From: Candidatus Eiseniibacteriota bacterium
GTDB lineage: Bacteria > Eisenbacteria > RBG-16-71-46 > JABDJR01
NCBI GenBank assembly: GCA_963762255.1
Contig: CAVXKA010000001.1
Coordinates: 128,001 to 192,000 of the forward strand
Direction: 5' to 3'
DNA length: 64,000 nucleotides
Shown in pieces: positions 38,906-49,333 of the stretch. How positions within the stretch are numbered: position 1 is the first letter of the stretch; the number at the start of each line of letters is the position of its first letter. The position numbers and the translations under genes were made by a program. A model generated the notes under the pieces. That model had not been told where the DNA came from. It saw only the letters and a list, made by a program, of their open reading frames with translations, and searched no databases.

Positions 38906-41323
38906 CTACGCCGTGGAGCGGTGCAGCTCGATCTCGAACACCGTACGCTCCCATGGCGTGCTTTCGCGGACATAGATTCGGCCTGAATACGCTTCGATCG
39001 CGCGGCGGGCCGCCGACAGGCCGAGTCCCCCCGCGGGAGCTTTCGTCGAGTGCCCGTGGAACACCCGGTCAAAGTCCTCCGACCGCAACCCTCGGCCGTT
39101 GTCCTCGATCGCGATCAGGATCTTGCGCTCTCCGAAGATGATGCGCACGCTCACCGAGGGATTCGCGCTTCCCTCGCACGCCTCGATCGCGTTCACGAGC
39201 ATATCGCGAAGCGTCCGGCGTAGTGACGAAGCGGTCATGAACGCACGGCCCCCCACTTGTCCTCTCACCTGGATCTCGTGCAGGGCCACGCCGGCTGCCT
39301 CGAAGCGTTCGCGGAGACTGGCTGCGGCGTCGGTCGCCTTCCGGTACGGATCGGCAGATGGCGCGCGCAGCGCGGAGCGGTTGAGCCGGCGCAGCGACTC
39401 CTCGAACCGTTCCACCGCACGCGATGCTTTCCGGCAGGCATGGACGGCCGATTCTCCGGGAGTCGGAACCGCCACCGCGCTCATGGCGCGTCCGACCGTT
39501 CTGCGCAGCACCCACCCGCGCGCCACGAGCCGGAATGCGGCCGGCCCCTGGCCAAGGCAGAGTGCTGGGCCGATCAGGGGTGGGATCATGCCGAGGAGCC
39601 GCATCGGTGCCTGCGGCGTCCAGTACTGCCGCGCCCAATCCTCGAGGATCGCACGCCCCATGGGAATGTCCTCCAACCGAGTGCAGGTGCGCAGTGCGGC
39701 GAGAAGGCGCGTGAGCGGTTCCTGACTACGGCCATCCTTCGTGCGCTCGCCGTGGCGCACGAGCGCGAGGTCTGCGACCAACGTGCGCGCGGGCCATGTG
39801 AACCCGAGCGGCTCACCGAGACGGCGCAATCCCCAGGTTGCCGCCGCCAGACCGGCCGCGATGCCGAGCACCCACAGAGTCGACCGGAACGGAGCGAGCG
39901 GGTCGGAGATAGGACGGTACATGTACAGTGCGCCGCCGTTCGTGCCGAGAAGCAGGATCTTCTCGTGGGGCGCGACTCTCATGGCCCCCAGCTGCATCAC
40001 CGTCCCGGCGGGCGGGCGAAGGTGCGCAACCGGGCGCAATCTGCCATCCAGCACCTCGAGCGAAGACTCTCCGACCGCGCCGGAATAGATCTCGAAATCC
40101 CCGTCCGAATCCAGATCGTCGACCAGGAACGGCGAATCACCGCCGGCTTCGAGCTCCGTGGCGTGGCGCGAGACGACCGGGTCGAGGTTCGCGTCCAGGA
40201 TCGACAGCGTCTTGTCGCGCGTGAGAAGCGCGATGTGCTTGCCCTGCCGACCCGCTGGTGTCGCGGTGGCCAGACCGCTCGGACCGTTTGGGATGCGCCT
40301 CTCGCGGCGCACCGAACCGGTCTTCAGGTCGAGGACGCGAAGCCACGCGGGCGAACCGGCGGCGGCGCTCTTCTCCTCGCTGGCGACGATCACCTCGCGC
40401 GTGCCGTCGCCGTCCAGGTCGTCCACCACCATGCGTGGCGCGATACCCGCTCCCCCGACCCGCGTCACCCACGCGAGGCTTCCGGTCCCGTCCACCGCGG
40501 CCACCACCGAGATCGAGTCGCAGAACCCGGAAGCGCAGGCGCCGTTGCCATAGCCGGCGGCGCCGAACACGACCCGGGTCTCTTCAGGGCGTTTTCCCCA
40601 GCTCACGACGATCGGTTCCACCACGCAGGGGCCGATGAAGCGCTGCCAGAGCGCCTCGCTGGCAGGGCCGAAGGCGGCGATGCCCCGAGGTTGGAGCGAG
40701 AAGCCGGCGGAGAATGCGACGAGGCAAGGGGGCGATGCATCGCCCCAGGGCGCCGTCCCGAGCCACCAGGCAGCCGCGTCCCATGGGTAAGGCCCGCGCT
40801 GCGTGAGCATCCCGCCCACGTCTTCGCGCGCCACCGCGATCGTGCGGTGGGGCGCGAGGCGGTGATCTTGAGCCGGTCTGAACGCCTTGAGCTTCAGCGA
40901 ATCGGGATGGAGCAGGGTGATCACGACGAGCGAGCCGGACGAATCGCCGCCGTCGACGCAGCCGACTCCCGCAATGACCCAACCCCGATCCTGGGTCAGT
41001 TGCTCGCGGAGGAGCAGGTGATGGCGATCCCAACTCCTGACGTAGACAATCTGCCCGACCGCCAGAATCAGCTCATCGATTCCGTCGTCTTGGAGATCGC
41101 CAACCCGGAAGTGAACCGGGCCATAGGGATGGGAGCTTTCCAGGCGGAAGGACTTCTCCCTGGGAGCGCTACATCCCCAAGCTGCGAGGAACAGCACCGC
41201 GCAGCATGCTGTCCCCGCAAGCGCGCGGCCAGGCGGGCCCACGAATCCTCCCCGAGGCGCAAACGCCTCCAAGTGTTCGGACTCACCGGCACGCGGAACC
41301 AGGGGGAAGCGGCTCGCGGCCAT
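38906..41323 (-). CDS. Membrane sensor histidine kinase with FG-GAP-like beta-propeller ectodomain
   Basis: 'GDLQDDGIDEL', 'DDLDGDGTREV', 'DDLDSDGDFEI', a TM helix, and HATPase boxes 'NAIEA', 'EDNGRG', 'GGLGL'. The start is uncertain. Confidence 0.8.
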   Translation of the reverse strand: MAASRFPLVPRAGESEHLEAFAPRGGFVGPPGRALAGTACCAVLFLAAWGCSAPREKSFRLESSHPYGPVHFRVGDLQDDGIDELILAVGQIVYVRSWDRHHLLLREQLTQDRGWVIAGVGCVDGGDSSGSLVVITLLHPDSLKLKAFRPAQDHRLAPHRTIAVAREDVGGMLTQRGPYPWDAAAWWLGTAPWGDASPPCLVAFSAGFSLQPRGIAAFGPASEALWQRFIGPCVVEPIVVSWGKRPEETRVVFGAAGYGNGACASGFCDSISVVAAVDGTGSLAWVTRVGGAGIAPRMVVDDLDGDGTREVIVASEEKSAAAGSPAWLRVLDLKTGSVRRERRIPNGPSGLATATPAGRQGKHIALLTRDKTLSILDANLDPVVSRHATELEAGGDSPFLVDDLDSDGDFEIYSGAVGESSLEVLDGRLRPVAHLRPPAGTVMQLGAMRVAPHEKILLLGTNGGALYMYRPISDPLAPFRSTLWVLGIAAGLAAATWGLRRLGEPLGFTWPARTLVADLALVRHGERTKDGRSQEPLTRLLAALRTCTRLEDIPMGRAILEDWARQYWTPQAPMRLLGMIPPLIGPALCLGQGPAAFRLVARGWVLRRTVGRAMSAVAVPTPGESAVHACRKASRAVERFEESLRRLNRSALRAPSADPYRKATDAAASLRERFEAAGVALHEIQVRGQVGGRAFMTASSLRRTLRDMLVNAIEACEGSANPSVSVRIIFGERKILIAIEDNGRGLRSEDFDRVFHGHSTKAPAGGLGLSAARRAIEAYSGRIYVRESTPWERTVFEIELHRSTA

Positions 41324-41458
41324 ACTGAGTATGGACGGTGCAATTTCGACTGCCTCGTAGTATGAATTACCCCGTATCCGGTGGCAAGCAGCACCTTGCG
41401 GTGCGCACCGATCTGTGGGCTGACCGGTCCGCGGATCGACGCAGAAGGAGGGCATTCC

Positions 41459-42172
41459 ATGTCCAAGGTTCCCATGTCCGGCCGTCTCACCGCCGAGTTC
41501 GTCGGCACGTTCTGGCTCGTCCTCGGGGGCTGCGGCAGCGCCGTGCTCGCCGCCAAGTTTCCGAACCTGGGGATCGGATTCGCCGGCGTCGCGCTCGCCT
41601 TCGGTCTCACTGTCCTCACCATGGCCTTTGCGATCGGCCACATCTCCGGGTGCCACTTGAACCCGGCGGTTTCCTTCGGCCTGTGGGCGGGCAAGCGGTT
41701 CCCGTCCTCCGATCTCGTCCCGTACATCGTCGCGCAGGTGCTGGGCGCGATCGCCGCGGCGGCGGTGCTCTACGTGATCGCGTCCGGCCAGGCAAACTTC
41801 GACGCCGCGGCCTCCGGCTTCGCCGCCAACGGCTACGGCGAGCACTCCCCGGGCAAGTACACGCTCCTCGCCGCGCTGGTGTGCGAGGTCGTGATGACGT
41901 TCATGTTCCTGTTCGTCATCCTCGGCGCCACCGATTCGCGCGCGCCGGCGGGCTTCGCGCCGATCGCCATCGGACTTTGCCTGACTCTCATCCACCTGAT
42001 CAGCATTCCGGTCACCAATACGTCCGTGAATCCGGCACGGAGCACCGGCCCCGCGCTCTTCGCCGGTGGCTGGGCGCTCGGTCAGCTCTGGCTTTTCTGG
42101 GTGGCGCCGATCCTCGGTGCGGTCCTCGCCGGGATTTTTTATCGCTCGACGATGGAGGCGAAGGGGAAGTAA
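41459..42172 (+). CDS. aqpZ: Aquaporin Z
   Basis: Two NPA motifs ('[11 protein letters not shown]', 'SVNPARS'). Confidence 0.96.
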   Translation: MSKVPMSGRLTAEFVGTFWLVLGGCGSAVLAAKFPNLGIGFAGVALAFGLTVLTMAFAIGHISGCHLNPAVSFGLWAGKRFPSSDLVPYIVAQVLGAIAAAAVLYVIASGQANFDAAASGFAANGYGEHSPGKYTLLAALVCEVVMTFMFLFVILGATDSRAPAGFAPIAIGLCLTLIHLISIPVTNTSVNPARSTGPALFAGGWALGQLWLFWVAPILGAVLAGIFYRSTMEAKGK

Positions 42173-42306
42173 TCGGCCTTGGGTGAGCTATAATTGGACG
42201 CAGACATCACGGACTCGTGACCGTGGACATTGTGCCGCGGGCCCCGCCCACCCCGGGGCTCGCGGGCGTTCATCATCGTGTTGCACAACTTTGGGGGGAA
42301 TCACCC

Positions 42307-42729
42307 ATGCGATCCGCACCTGTGCTGTTCACGGCCGCTCTCATCGTTGCCTCGCTCGTACCCGCCGCGGCCTCGGCGGGGAACCCCAATGCCTCATCGC
42401 GCACCAAGGCCACGTACGCGCGGGAGTTGCCGCTCTCCCAGGCCGGCACCTGGACGGTGAATCCGCTGCTCTCGCGACGCCTGGTCGAGGTCTCCCCCGA
42501 CGTCTTCGCGGCGGTCAAGGGGAAGCACGAGCGACGGCACGTACGCATCGCGCGCTGGATCGAGGGGCTCCGCGGCGAACCGCGGACGGTCTTCGCGCGT
42601 GAAGGCATGCCGGTCTACCGCTACCGCGAACTCGTGGACAGCCATCTCTTCGAGATCTGGACCTACCCGGAGCGGCATCTCTCCTACGTGTTCGAGGGTG
42701 ACCGGCTGGTGGGCACCGAGCCCTTCTAG
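42307..42729 (+). CDS. Small secreted hypothetical protein
   Basis: Signal peptide ending 'AAASA' and C-terminal 'EIWTYP...YVFEGDRLV'. Confidence 0.65.
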   Translation: MRSAPVLFTAALIVASLVPAAASAGNPNASSRTKATYARELPLSQAGTWTVNPLLSRRLVEVSPDVFAAVKGKHERRHVRIARWIEGLRGEPRTVFAREGMPVYRYRELVDSHLFEIWTYPERHLSYVFEGDRLVGTEPF

Positions 42730-42815
42730 CCCGACCTGCCGGCCCCATCTCGAACACATAGTTAGCCGCGAAGTTCGACCCCCTGGAAAAACCGCTTGAT
42801 CCCCCCTTGCGTCAG

Positions 42816-42838
42816 GTGTATAAGTGTACTAAGACACT
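42816..42838. promoter_or_regulatory. Putative YtrA/GntR operator
   Basis: Imperfect palindrome gtgtataagtgtactaagacac just upstream of the GntR gene. Confidence 0.55.
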
Positions 42839-42854
42839 GTACCAGGGAGCGCGG

Positions 42855-43283
42855 ATGCTGATTGTTCTGGATCCCCATAGCGGCGTGCCGGTCTACCGGC
42901 AGCTCATGGACCAGATCAAGTTCCACATCGCGAGCGGGCTCTTGAGGCCGGGGGATCCGCTGCCGTCCACGCGCGCCCTCTCCTCGGAGTTGGGCTTGAA
43001 CCCCATGACGGTGAGCAAGGCGTACAGCTATCTCGAGCTGGAGGAGGTGGTGGAGCGCCGACCCGGTCTCCCTCTGGTGGTGCGCCCGGTGGAGCCCGCC
43101 GAGGTTCTCGCGCGCAAGCTGGATCAGCTTCGCCAGAGCCTGGCCGGTTCGGCCACGGTGGCGCGCCAGTTGGGGATCGACCCCGCCGAGGCGATGCACG
43201 TCTTCGGCGACATGCTGAACGGAGCCGGGGCGAGTGCGACCGGCGAGGGCCCGGACGAACCGGGCCGGGAGCAGGGGCAATGA
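42855..43283 (+). CDS. GntR (YtrA subfamily) transcriptional regulator
   Basis: 'PVYRQLMDQI', 'LPSTRALS...NPMTVSKAY'. Confidence 0.92.
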   Translation: MLIVLDPHSGVPVYRQLMDQIKFHIASGLLRPGDPLPSTRALSSELGLNPMTVSKAYSYLELEEVVERRPGLPLVVRPVEPAEVLARKLDQLRQSLAGSATVARQLGIDPAEAMHVFGDMLNGAGASATGEGPDEPGREQGQ

Positions 43284-44212
43284 ATCCGACCGAACCTGAC
43301 TCGCTGACACGGGGGACGGGGCACAAGGCGCGCGCGATCTGCGAAGTACGCGATCTCACCAAGCGCTTCGGCAGCGTCACCGCGCTGGAGCGCGTCACCC
43401 TCGACATCCCCGCTGGATCGGTGGTGGGGCTCATCGGGCGCAACGGGAGCGGGAAGACCACGCTGCTTCGCAACTTGATCGGGCTCCAGCTTCCCACCTC
43501 GGGGAGCTGCACCACGCTGGGCCGCGCCTGCGACAAGCTCGGCGCGGATGAGCTCGCGCGCATCGGGGTCGTGCACCAGGAGAACCGGTTCGTCGAGTGG
43601 ATGTCGGTGGAGCAGCACCTCGCCTATGTGGGTTCCTTCTACCCGCTCTGGGACAAGGAGCGTGAGGCGCGGCTCCTGCGCGAATTGGAGCTCGACCGCA
43701 AGGCGCAGGTGGGAAACCTCTCCCCCGGCAACGCTCAGAAGCTCGGGATCCTCCTGGCCGTGTGCCATCACCCGGAGCTTCTCTTCCTGGATGAGCCGGT
43801 GAGCGCGCTCGATCCGATCGCCCGCGAGATGATGCTCAAGTTTCTCTTCGAGCTGCTGGAGGATTCCGGGCGCACGATCGTCATCTCCTCGCACGTGTTG
43901 CGCGACGTGGAGAAGATCGTGGATCACGTGATCTGTCTCGATCGCGGACGGGTGCGCCACGCCGCGCCGTTGGATGAACTGCAGGAGCGGTTCTGCGAGT
44001 GGCTGGTCATCTCGAAGAGCGGGAAGCTCCCCGTGTACTTCTCCGAACGCTACGTCCTATCCCACGAGGGAACGAGCTTCGAGGCCCGACTCTTCGTGCG
44101 CGACGCCAACGGCGCCCTCCCCGAGTTCTGCGCGGCCTACGACGCCGAGGTCACGCCGCGCCCGCTCAACCTCGAACGGCTCTTCCCGCTTCTCCTGGAG
44201 GAGAAGGTCTGA
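43280..44212 (+). CDS. ABC transporter ATP-binding protein
   Basis: 'GRNGSGKTT', 'LSPG', 'FLDEP', 'SSH'. Confidence 0.93.
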   Translation: MNPTEPDSLTRGTGHKARAICEVRDLTKRFGSVTALERVTLDIPAGSVVGLIGRNGSGKTTLLRNLIGLQLPTSGSCTTLGRACDKLGADELARIGVVHQENRFVEWMSVEQHLAYVGSFYPLWDKEREARLLRELELDRKAQVGNLSPGNAQKLGILLAVCHHPELLFLDEPVSALDPIAREMMLKFLFELLEDSGRTIVISSHVLRDVEKIVDHVICLDRGRVRHAAPLDELQERFCEWLVISKSGKLPVYFSERYVLSHEGTSFEARLFVRDANGALPEFCAAYDAEVTPRPLNLERLFPLLLEEKV

Positions 44213-45732
44213 TGCGCGCGCGGGCGCTGGGGCGGATACTGGCCCGGCCGGCCATGCTCTTCTGGTTCTTCACGCTCGTTTCCAGCGTCCTGCTGCTGGT
44301 GGAGCTGGCGGGAGTGGTGCGCGGCGTGCCGTTCCCGATGGACGCTTTGCTCTCGGTGGGGCGATCCCCCGCCTCCGAGGACGCGGTCCATCTCCTCCAC
44401 TTCACGCTGATCGTCATGACCGCCATGCTGGGGTTCCTGGTGGGACAGGCCGCGAGAGAAGTGCAACACGCTTACTTCGCCTGGGCGGTGCCCGGGCTGC
44501 GCCGCGATCTGGGTCACGGGGTCGCGGCGGTCGGGGCCCTGTGCGCGATCGGGGTCGCCGCCGGCTACGCGCCTCTCGACGGGCCGCTGTCGCCGCCGGT
44601 CGCCGGCGCTCTGGCTCTGACCGCGTTTGCGCTCGGCTCCGCCATCGAGGGGCTCACGTTGTTCATGGCGTTTCGTCCGCGCGCGCTCCTGCCCGCACTC
44701 GCCCTGGGCGCGCTCGCGTTCGGGATCGATGGACCCGCGCGATGGGCCGCCGCCTGGCCCGTACCGTTCGTCGTTGCCGCGGTCGCCTTCGCCGCCCTCA
44801 TCCTCTATCGCGTGAATGCCGACGACGCGGTCAGGGCGCGGATCTTCACTCCGACCTACTCTCTCCTCAATTCGTTCTCCGCCGGCGCCAAGCGCTGCTT
44901 CGCCCAGGAGATGGCCTCGGCGCGCGCCGGTCGGGGCGGGGCTTGGCGCTCAGAGCCGCTGCGGGACGACACCGCGGCGTGGGTGCGCGCGGCGGCGTAC
45001 GAACGATACGGCACGAGATCGTGGCGGTATCTCGCCGATGCGGCGGCGCTGGCCGCGGTCTCGGTGGGTATGGTGGCGGTCTTCAGTTTCCAGGAGGGAC
45101 TGGCCGGCCGCGGTTCGCGGGATGACGGGTGGTTGTTCGTGGTCCGGTCGATCTTCGCGACGCGCGGAGCGGGACATGCCGGCATGCCCCCGCTCTGCTG
45201 GCTCACCGCCTGGGTCATCGCCGCGTTCGCCTGGGGCCGCTCCGCGAGCTGGCTCCTCTTTCCTCGCTGGGGGCGGTTCTATCCGATCTCCAGGGCCTCG
45301 CTGGCTCGCGTGGCGTTCTGGTCGAGCCTTCAGCAGAACGCGGGGCACTGCGTGGTCACCGGCCTCGTCTTCGCCGCCGGCGGATTGGCTGCCGCCGCGC
45401 TCTCGGGGGAATCCATCTCACTCGACGGAATCCCGGTCTTCCTGCGTGCCCTGGGTCTCGTGTTCGCGCTGCTGCCGCTCCAGCAGTGGTTGCGCCTGCG
45501 CCACGCCCGCCGGGCCGAGATGGGACGCGGGAGCAGCTTTGCGTTCCTCACCGTCGCGCTCTCGTTCGCGTTCTGCACCGTGGTGACGCTGTGGACGATC
45601 GGCTACCCCCATGCGCTCCGCGGGCTGCCCCCGCTTGCGGAGGCTGCGATTCTCGTTTTCCTGGCCCTCGGTCTCCAGCTCTTCTACCAAGGCCGGCTGC
45701 GCGCGCACTTCGCGCGCGCTGACCTGGCGTAG
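44212..45732 (+). CDS. Multi-pass membrane protein, putative ABC permease
   Basis: Many hydrophobic segments; TGATG overlap with the ATPase gene. Confidence 0.75.
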   Translation: MRARALGRILARPAMLFWFFTLVSSVLLLVELAGVVRGVPFPMDALLSVGRSPASEDAVHLLHFTLIVMTAMLGFLVGQAAREVQHAYFAWAVPGLRRDLGHGVAAVGALCAIGVAAGYAPLDGPLSPPVAGALALTAFALGSAIEGLTLFMAFRPRALLPALALGALAFGIDGPARWAAAWPVPFVVAAVAFAALILYRVNADDAVRARIFTPTYSLLNSFSAGAKRCFAQEMASARAGRGGAWRSEPLRDDTAAWVRAAAYERYGTRSWRYLADAAALAAVSVGMVAVFSFQEGLAGRGSRDDGWLFVVRSIFATRGAGHAGMPPLCWLTAWVIAAFAWGRSASWLLFPRWGRFYPISRASLARVAFWSSLQQNAGHCVVTGLVFAAGGLAAAALSGESISLDGIPVFLRALGLVFALLPLQQWLRLRHARRAEMGRGSSFAFLTVALSFAFCTVVTLWTIGYPHALRGLPPLAEAAILVFLALGLQLFYQGRLRAHFARADLA

Positions 45733-45746
45733 TCCGGAGGATCCTC

Positions 45747-46649
45747 ATGTCGCTCAACCTGGAACTTCGAGGGGTCCGCAAAGCCTTCGACCAGTTCGTC
45801 GCCGTCGACGGCGTCTCGCTCCGCGTGCCGGAGGGGACGGTGTTCGGACTCCTCGGCCCCAACGGTGCGGGCAAGACCACGACCATCCGCATGATCATGA
45901 ACATCATCGCCCCGGATTCCGGGGAGGTGCTCTTCTTCGAGCGCCCGCGCAAGGAAGCCGACATGCATCGGATCGGCTACCTCCCCGAGGAGCGCGGGCT
46001 CTACCGCAAGATGACCGTCGCGGAGCATCTGCTCTACTTCGGCGAGCTGCACGGGCTCAAGCGCGCGGAGCTGCGGCCCCGCATCACGCGGTGGTTGGAG
46101 CGGCTCGAGCTCGCGCAGTGGACGAACCGCAAAGTGGAGGAACTCTCGAAGGGGATGCAGCAGAAGATCCAGCTGGCGGGGACCCTCATCCATGACCCGC
46201 AGATCGTGATCCTCGACGAGCCGTTCTCCGGCCTCGATCCGATCAACCAGCAGCTCTTCAAGGACCTGCTCGCCGAGTACAAGGCGGCGGGCAAGAGCAT
46301 CCTCTTCTCGACCCACGTCATGGAGCAGGCGGAGAAGCTCTGCGACCACGTCTGCCTCATCTTTCGGGGCAGGGCCATCCTGGACGGCGAACTGAAGACG
46401 ATCAAGCAGCAGTGGGGCGGCAACTCGTACAAGCTCGTGGCGGAGGGCGATACGGAGCGGTTGAAGCGGACGCCAGGCGTGCTGAGCGTTGTCGAACGGG
46501 ACGGCTCGATGAAGATGCTGCTGGGACCGGGAATCCAGGGTCCGGACGTGCTGAAAGAAGTCGTGCAGTTCATGAGAGTGCAGGAGTTCCGCTCGGAAGA
46601 GCCGGAGCTGGAAGAGATCTTCATCAAGGCGGTGCAGGATGCGCGTTGA
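45747..46649 (+). CDS. ABC transporter ATP-binding protein (NatA/YhaQ-like)
   Basis: 'GPNGAGKTT', 'LSKGMQQK', 'LDEPFSGLDP'. Confidence 0.93.
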   Translation: MSLNLELRGVRKAFDQFVAVDGVSLRVPEGTVFGLLGPNGAGKTTTIRMIMNIIAPDSGEVLFFERPRKEADMHRIGYLPEERGLYRKMTVAEHLLYFGELHGLKRAELRPRITRWLERLELAQWTNRKVEELSKGMQQKIQLAGTLIHDPQIVILDEPFSGLDPINQQLFKDLLAEYKAAGKSILFSTHVMEQAEKLCDHVCLIFRGRAILDGELKTIKQQWGGNSYKLVAEGDTERLKRTPGVLSVVERDGSMKMLLGPGIQGPDVLKEVVQFMRVQEFRSEEPELEEIFIKAVQDAR

Positions 46650-47919
46650 CATGATCAAGGTGATCGCTCGGCGGGAGTACGTCACCCACGTCAAGACAAA
46701 GGGGTTCTGGATCGGCACGGTGGCGCTGCCGGTGTTCATCCTCGCGATGGCCGTGCTGCCGGCTCTGGTCATGACCAAGGCCAAGACGGTCCATCGCATG
46801 GTGGTCGTGGACCAGACGGGGGCGCTCGGCGGCGATCTCGTCGGCCGGCTCAACGAACAGCCGGCAGGGGGGCGTAAGCCGGTCGGATTCGAGGCCACGC
46901 TCCAGTCGGCCGACGGCGACATCGAGGCCAGGAAGGCGGAACTCGACCGTGAGGTCATGGCGGGAACGATCGACTCCTGGGCCTGGATCGCGCCGGAGGA
47001 CCTCGACGACGGCCGCGTGGAGTATCACGCCGAGAACGTCTCGAACTTCGCCACCCAGGAGGTTCTCGAGAACGCGCTCTCCAACGTCGTGCGCCGTTAC
47101 CGCCTCCAGCAGGCTGGCTACGATCCCGACCAGATTCATGGTCTGGAAGGCTCGATGAAGCTGACCACCGTTCGGGTGAGCGAGGGAGGCAGCCGCGAAG
47201 AGGGCGCGGCGTCGAGCTTCATACTCGCCTATGTGCTCTTCCTACTCCTCTACATGGTGCTCATCATCTACGGCCAGCAGGTCATGCAAGGGGTCATCGA
47301 AGAGAAGACCTCCCGGGTCGTGGAGCTCGTGGTCTCCTCGGCGAAGCCCTTCGAGCTGATGATGGGCAAGCTTGTCGGGATCTGCCTGACCGCGCTCACT
47401 CAACTTTCGGTTTGGCTGGGAACCCTGGCCGTGATCACGCTGCCGGCGATGGCGGCCTCGTTCGCCTGGCTTCCCCCCGATCTCAAGATCCCCACGCTCT
47501 CCGTCGTCGTCGTAGGGCACTTCTTCATCCTGTTCTTCCTCGGGTTCTTCCTGTTCGCGAGCTTCTACGCCGCGATCGGGGCGGCGTTCAACAACGTGCA
47601 GGAGGCGTCGCAGCTCTCCACCTTCGCCATCATGTTCCTGGTGGCGCCGTTCCTGTTCATGATGCCGGTCATCAACGACCCGGACTCCACGCTGGCCGTC
47701 GTGCTCTCGATGATCCCCACGTTCACCCCCCTGCTCATGATGCTCCGGATCACGGTGAAGATGCCGCCCTGGTGGCAGATCGTGATCGCCTACGCCCTCA
47801 CCGGCGCGTTCACGGTGTTCATGATCTGGGTAGCGGGGCGGATCTACCGTATCGGGATCCTCATGTACGGGAAGAAACCCACTTTCACCGAGATCCTGCG
47901 CTGGGCGAGGGTTTCCTAG
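46639..47919 (+). CDS. ABC-2 permease (NatB/YhaP-like)
   Basis: 'VIEEKTSRVVE', 'GILMYGKKP'. Confidence 0.9.
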   Translation: MRVDMIKVIARREYVTHVKTKGFWIGTVALPVFILAMAVLPALVMTKAKTVHRMVVVDQTGALGGDLVGRLNEQPAGGRKPVGFEATLQSADGDIEARKAELDREVMAGTIDSWAWIAPEDLDDGRVEYHAENVSNFATQEVLENALSNVVRRYRLQQAGYDPDQIHGLEGSMKLTTVRVSEGGSREEGAASSFILAYVLFLLLYMVLIIYGQQVMQGVIEEKTSRVVELVVSSAKPFELMMGKLVGICLTALTQLSVWLGTLAVITLPAMAASFAWLPPDLKIPTLSVVVVGHFFILFFLGFFLFASFYAAIGAAFNNVQEASQLSTFAIMFLVAPFLFMMPVINDPDSTLAVVLSMIPTFTPLLMMLRITVKMPPWWQIVIAYALTGAFTVFMIWVAGRIYRIGILMYGKKPTFTEILRWARVS

Positions 47920-47968
47920 CGGTTCTGGCATACTCTCCGGTTCGGTTCTCATTCCGGGAGGTGTCAGG

Positions 47969-49333
47969 GTGTCCGCGGCCGTTCACGAATTCCGCGCGCT
48001 GAGCCGGCTCGCGGTGCCGGTGGTCATCACCCAGGTAGCCACCATGCTGCCCGGGGTGGTGGACATCGTCATGGTGGGACGGGTCAGCGTCGATGCGATC
48101 AACGCGGTCGCGCTGGGGCGGCTCTGGCTTTTCGGCACCCTCCTCTTCGGCATGGGAGTCGTCTTCGGGATCGATCCCCTCATCGCCCAGGCGCATGGCC
48201 GCCGCGACGAGCGGACGATGGGGCTCGCCTTGCAGCGCGGAGCGGTGCTGGCCGCGTTGATCTCGATCCCTCTCACCGGGCTGTGGCTTCTCACCGCCCC
48301 GGTCCTTCGGCTCTTCGGACAGGATCCCGCCTTCGCCCGCCTCGCCCAGGACTACGTCTGGGTGCAGATACCGGGCCTGCTCCCATTTCTTCTCTACATC
48401 GTGCTCCGTCAGTACCTCCAGGACCGGACGATCGTGCGGCCGGTGATGTGGACGGTGGTCGGCGCCACCGCTCTCAACGTGCTCCTCGACTGGATGCTGA
48501 TCTTCGGCCGCCTGGGCGCCCCCGCGATGGGAGTGGCGGGAGCGGGCGTGGCCGCCACGATCACGCGTTATGTGATGTTCGCCTCCCTCACCGGCATCAC
48601 CTTCGGGTTCAAGCTCCACAGAGGCGGGTGGATTCCCCTCACCCGCGAAGCGCTGCGGCTCTCGGGTCTGCGCGAGATCTTCCGCTTCGGCCTGCCGGTG
48701 GGACTGCAGCTCAGCCTCGAGATCTGGGCGTTCGAGATTGCCACGCTTCTTGCCGGGCGGCTTGGAGGCGTGGAGCTTGCCGCGCACACGATCGCGATCA
48801 ATCTCGCCTCGCTCAGCTTCATGGTGCCGCTCGGGGTGTCGCTGGCGGCGGTGACCCGCGTGGGGAACCTCATCGGGGAGCGCCGGCAGCAAGAGGCGCA
48901 GACCGCCGCATGGGTGGCGTTCGGCATGGGCGCGGGGGTGATGGCCGTGTCCGGGGCGCTCTTCGTGACCCTTCGTTACGCACTACCGCGGCTCTACACA
49001 CCCGATCTGGCCGTGATCGCGGCGACCGCCGCGGTGTTGCCCATCGCGGCCATGTTCCAGATCTTCGACGGCACTCAGGTGGTGGGCGGCGGCATCCTGC
49101 GCGGGATGGGGCGCACGCGACCGGCCGCGGTGTTCAACGTGGTCGGGTACTACTGTCTCGCGTTGCCGCTCGCGATGTGGCTTGCGTTTGCGCGCGGCAT
49201 GGGCTTGCCGGGGATCTGGTGGGGGATGGCCCTTGGGCTTGCGTCGGTGGCGTGCATGCTGGTGGTGTTCGTGTGGCGACACGGGCCGCGGCACGCGGTG
49301 CCGGTGGAGACGAAGAGCACCGCGGACGCCTAG
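47969..49333 (+). CDS. MATE family efflux transporter
   Basis: About 12 TM helices with 'LAAHTIAIN', 'RVGNLIG', 'FQIFDG...GILRG'. Confidence 0.92.
   Translation: MSAAVHEFRALSRLAVPVVITQVATMLPGVVDIVMVGRVSVDAINAVALGRLWLFGTLLFGMGVVFGIDPLIAQAHGRRDERTMGLALQRGAVLAALISIPLTGLWLLTAPVLRLFGQDPAFARLAQDYVWVQIPGLLPFLLYIVLRQYLQDRTIVRPVMWTVVGATALNVLLDWMLIFGRLGAPAMGVAGAGVAATITRYVMFASLTGITFGFKLHRGGWIPLTREALRLSGLREIFRFGLPVGLQLSLEIWAFEIATLLAGRLGGVELAAHTIAINLASLSFMVPLGVSLAAVTRVGNLIGERRQQEAQTAAWVAFGMGAGVMAVSGALFVTLRYALPRLYTPDLAVIAATAAVLPIAAMFQIFDGTQVVGGGILRGMGRTRPAAVFNVVGYYCLALPLAMWLAFARGMGLPGIWWGMALGLASVACMLVVFVWRHGPRHAVPVETKSTADA

Noticed and set aside
39257-41365. 702-aa + strand ORF and similar long antisense ORFs elsewhere
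   Set aside because: These are shadow ORFs opposite real genes, expected in high-GC DNA.
41324-41995. N-terminal extension of the 1029-aa kinase ORF
   Set aside because: It is the antisense shadow of aqpZ.
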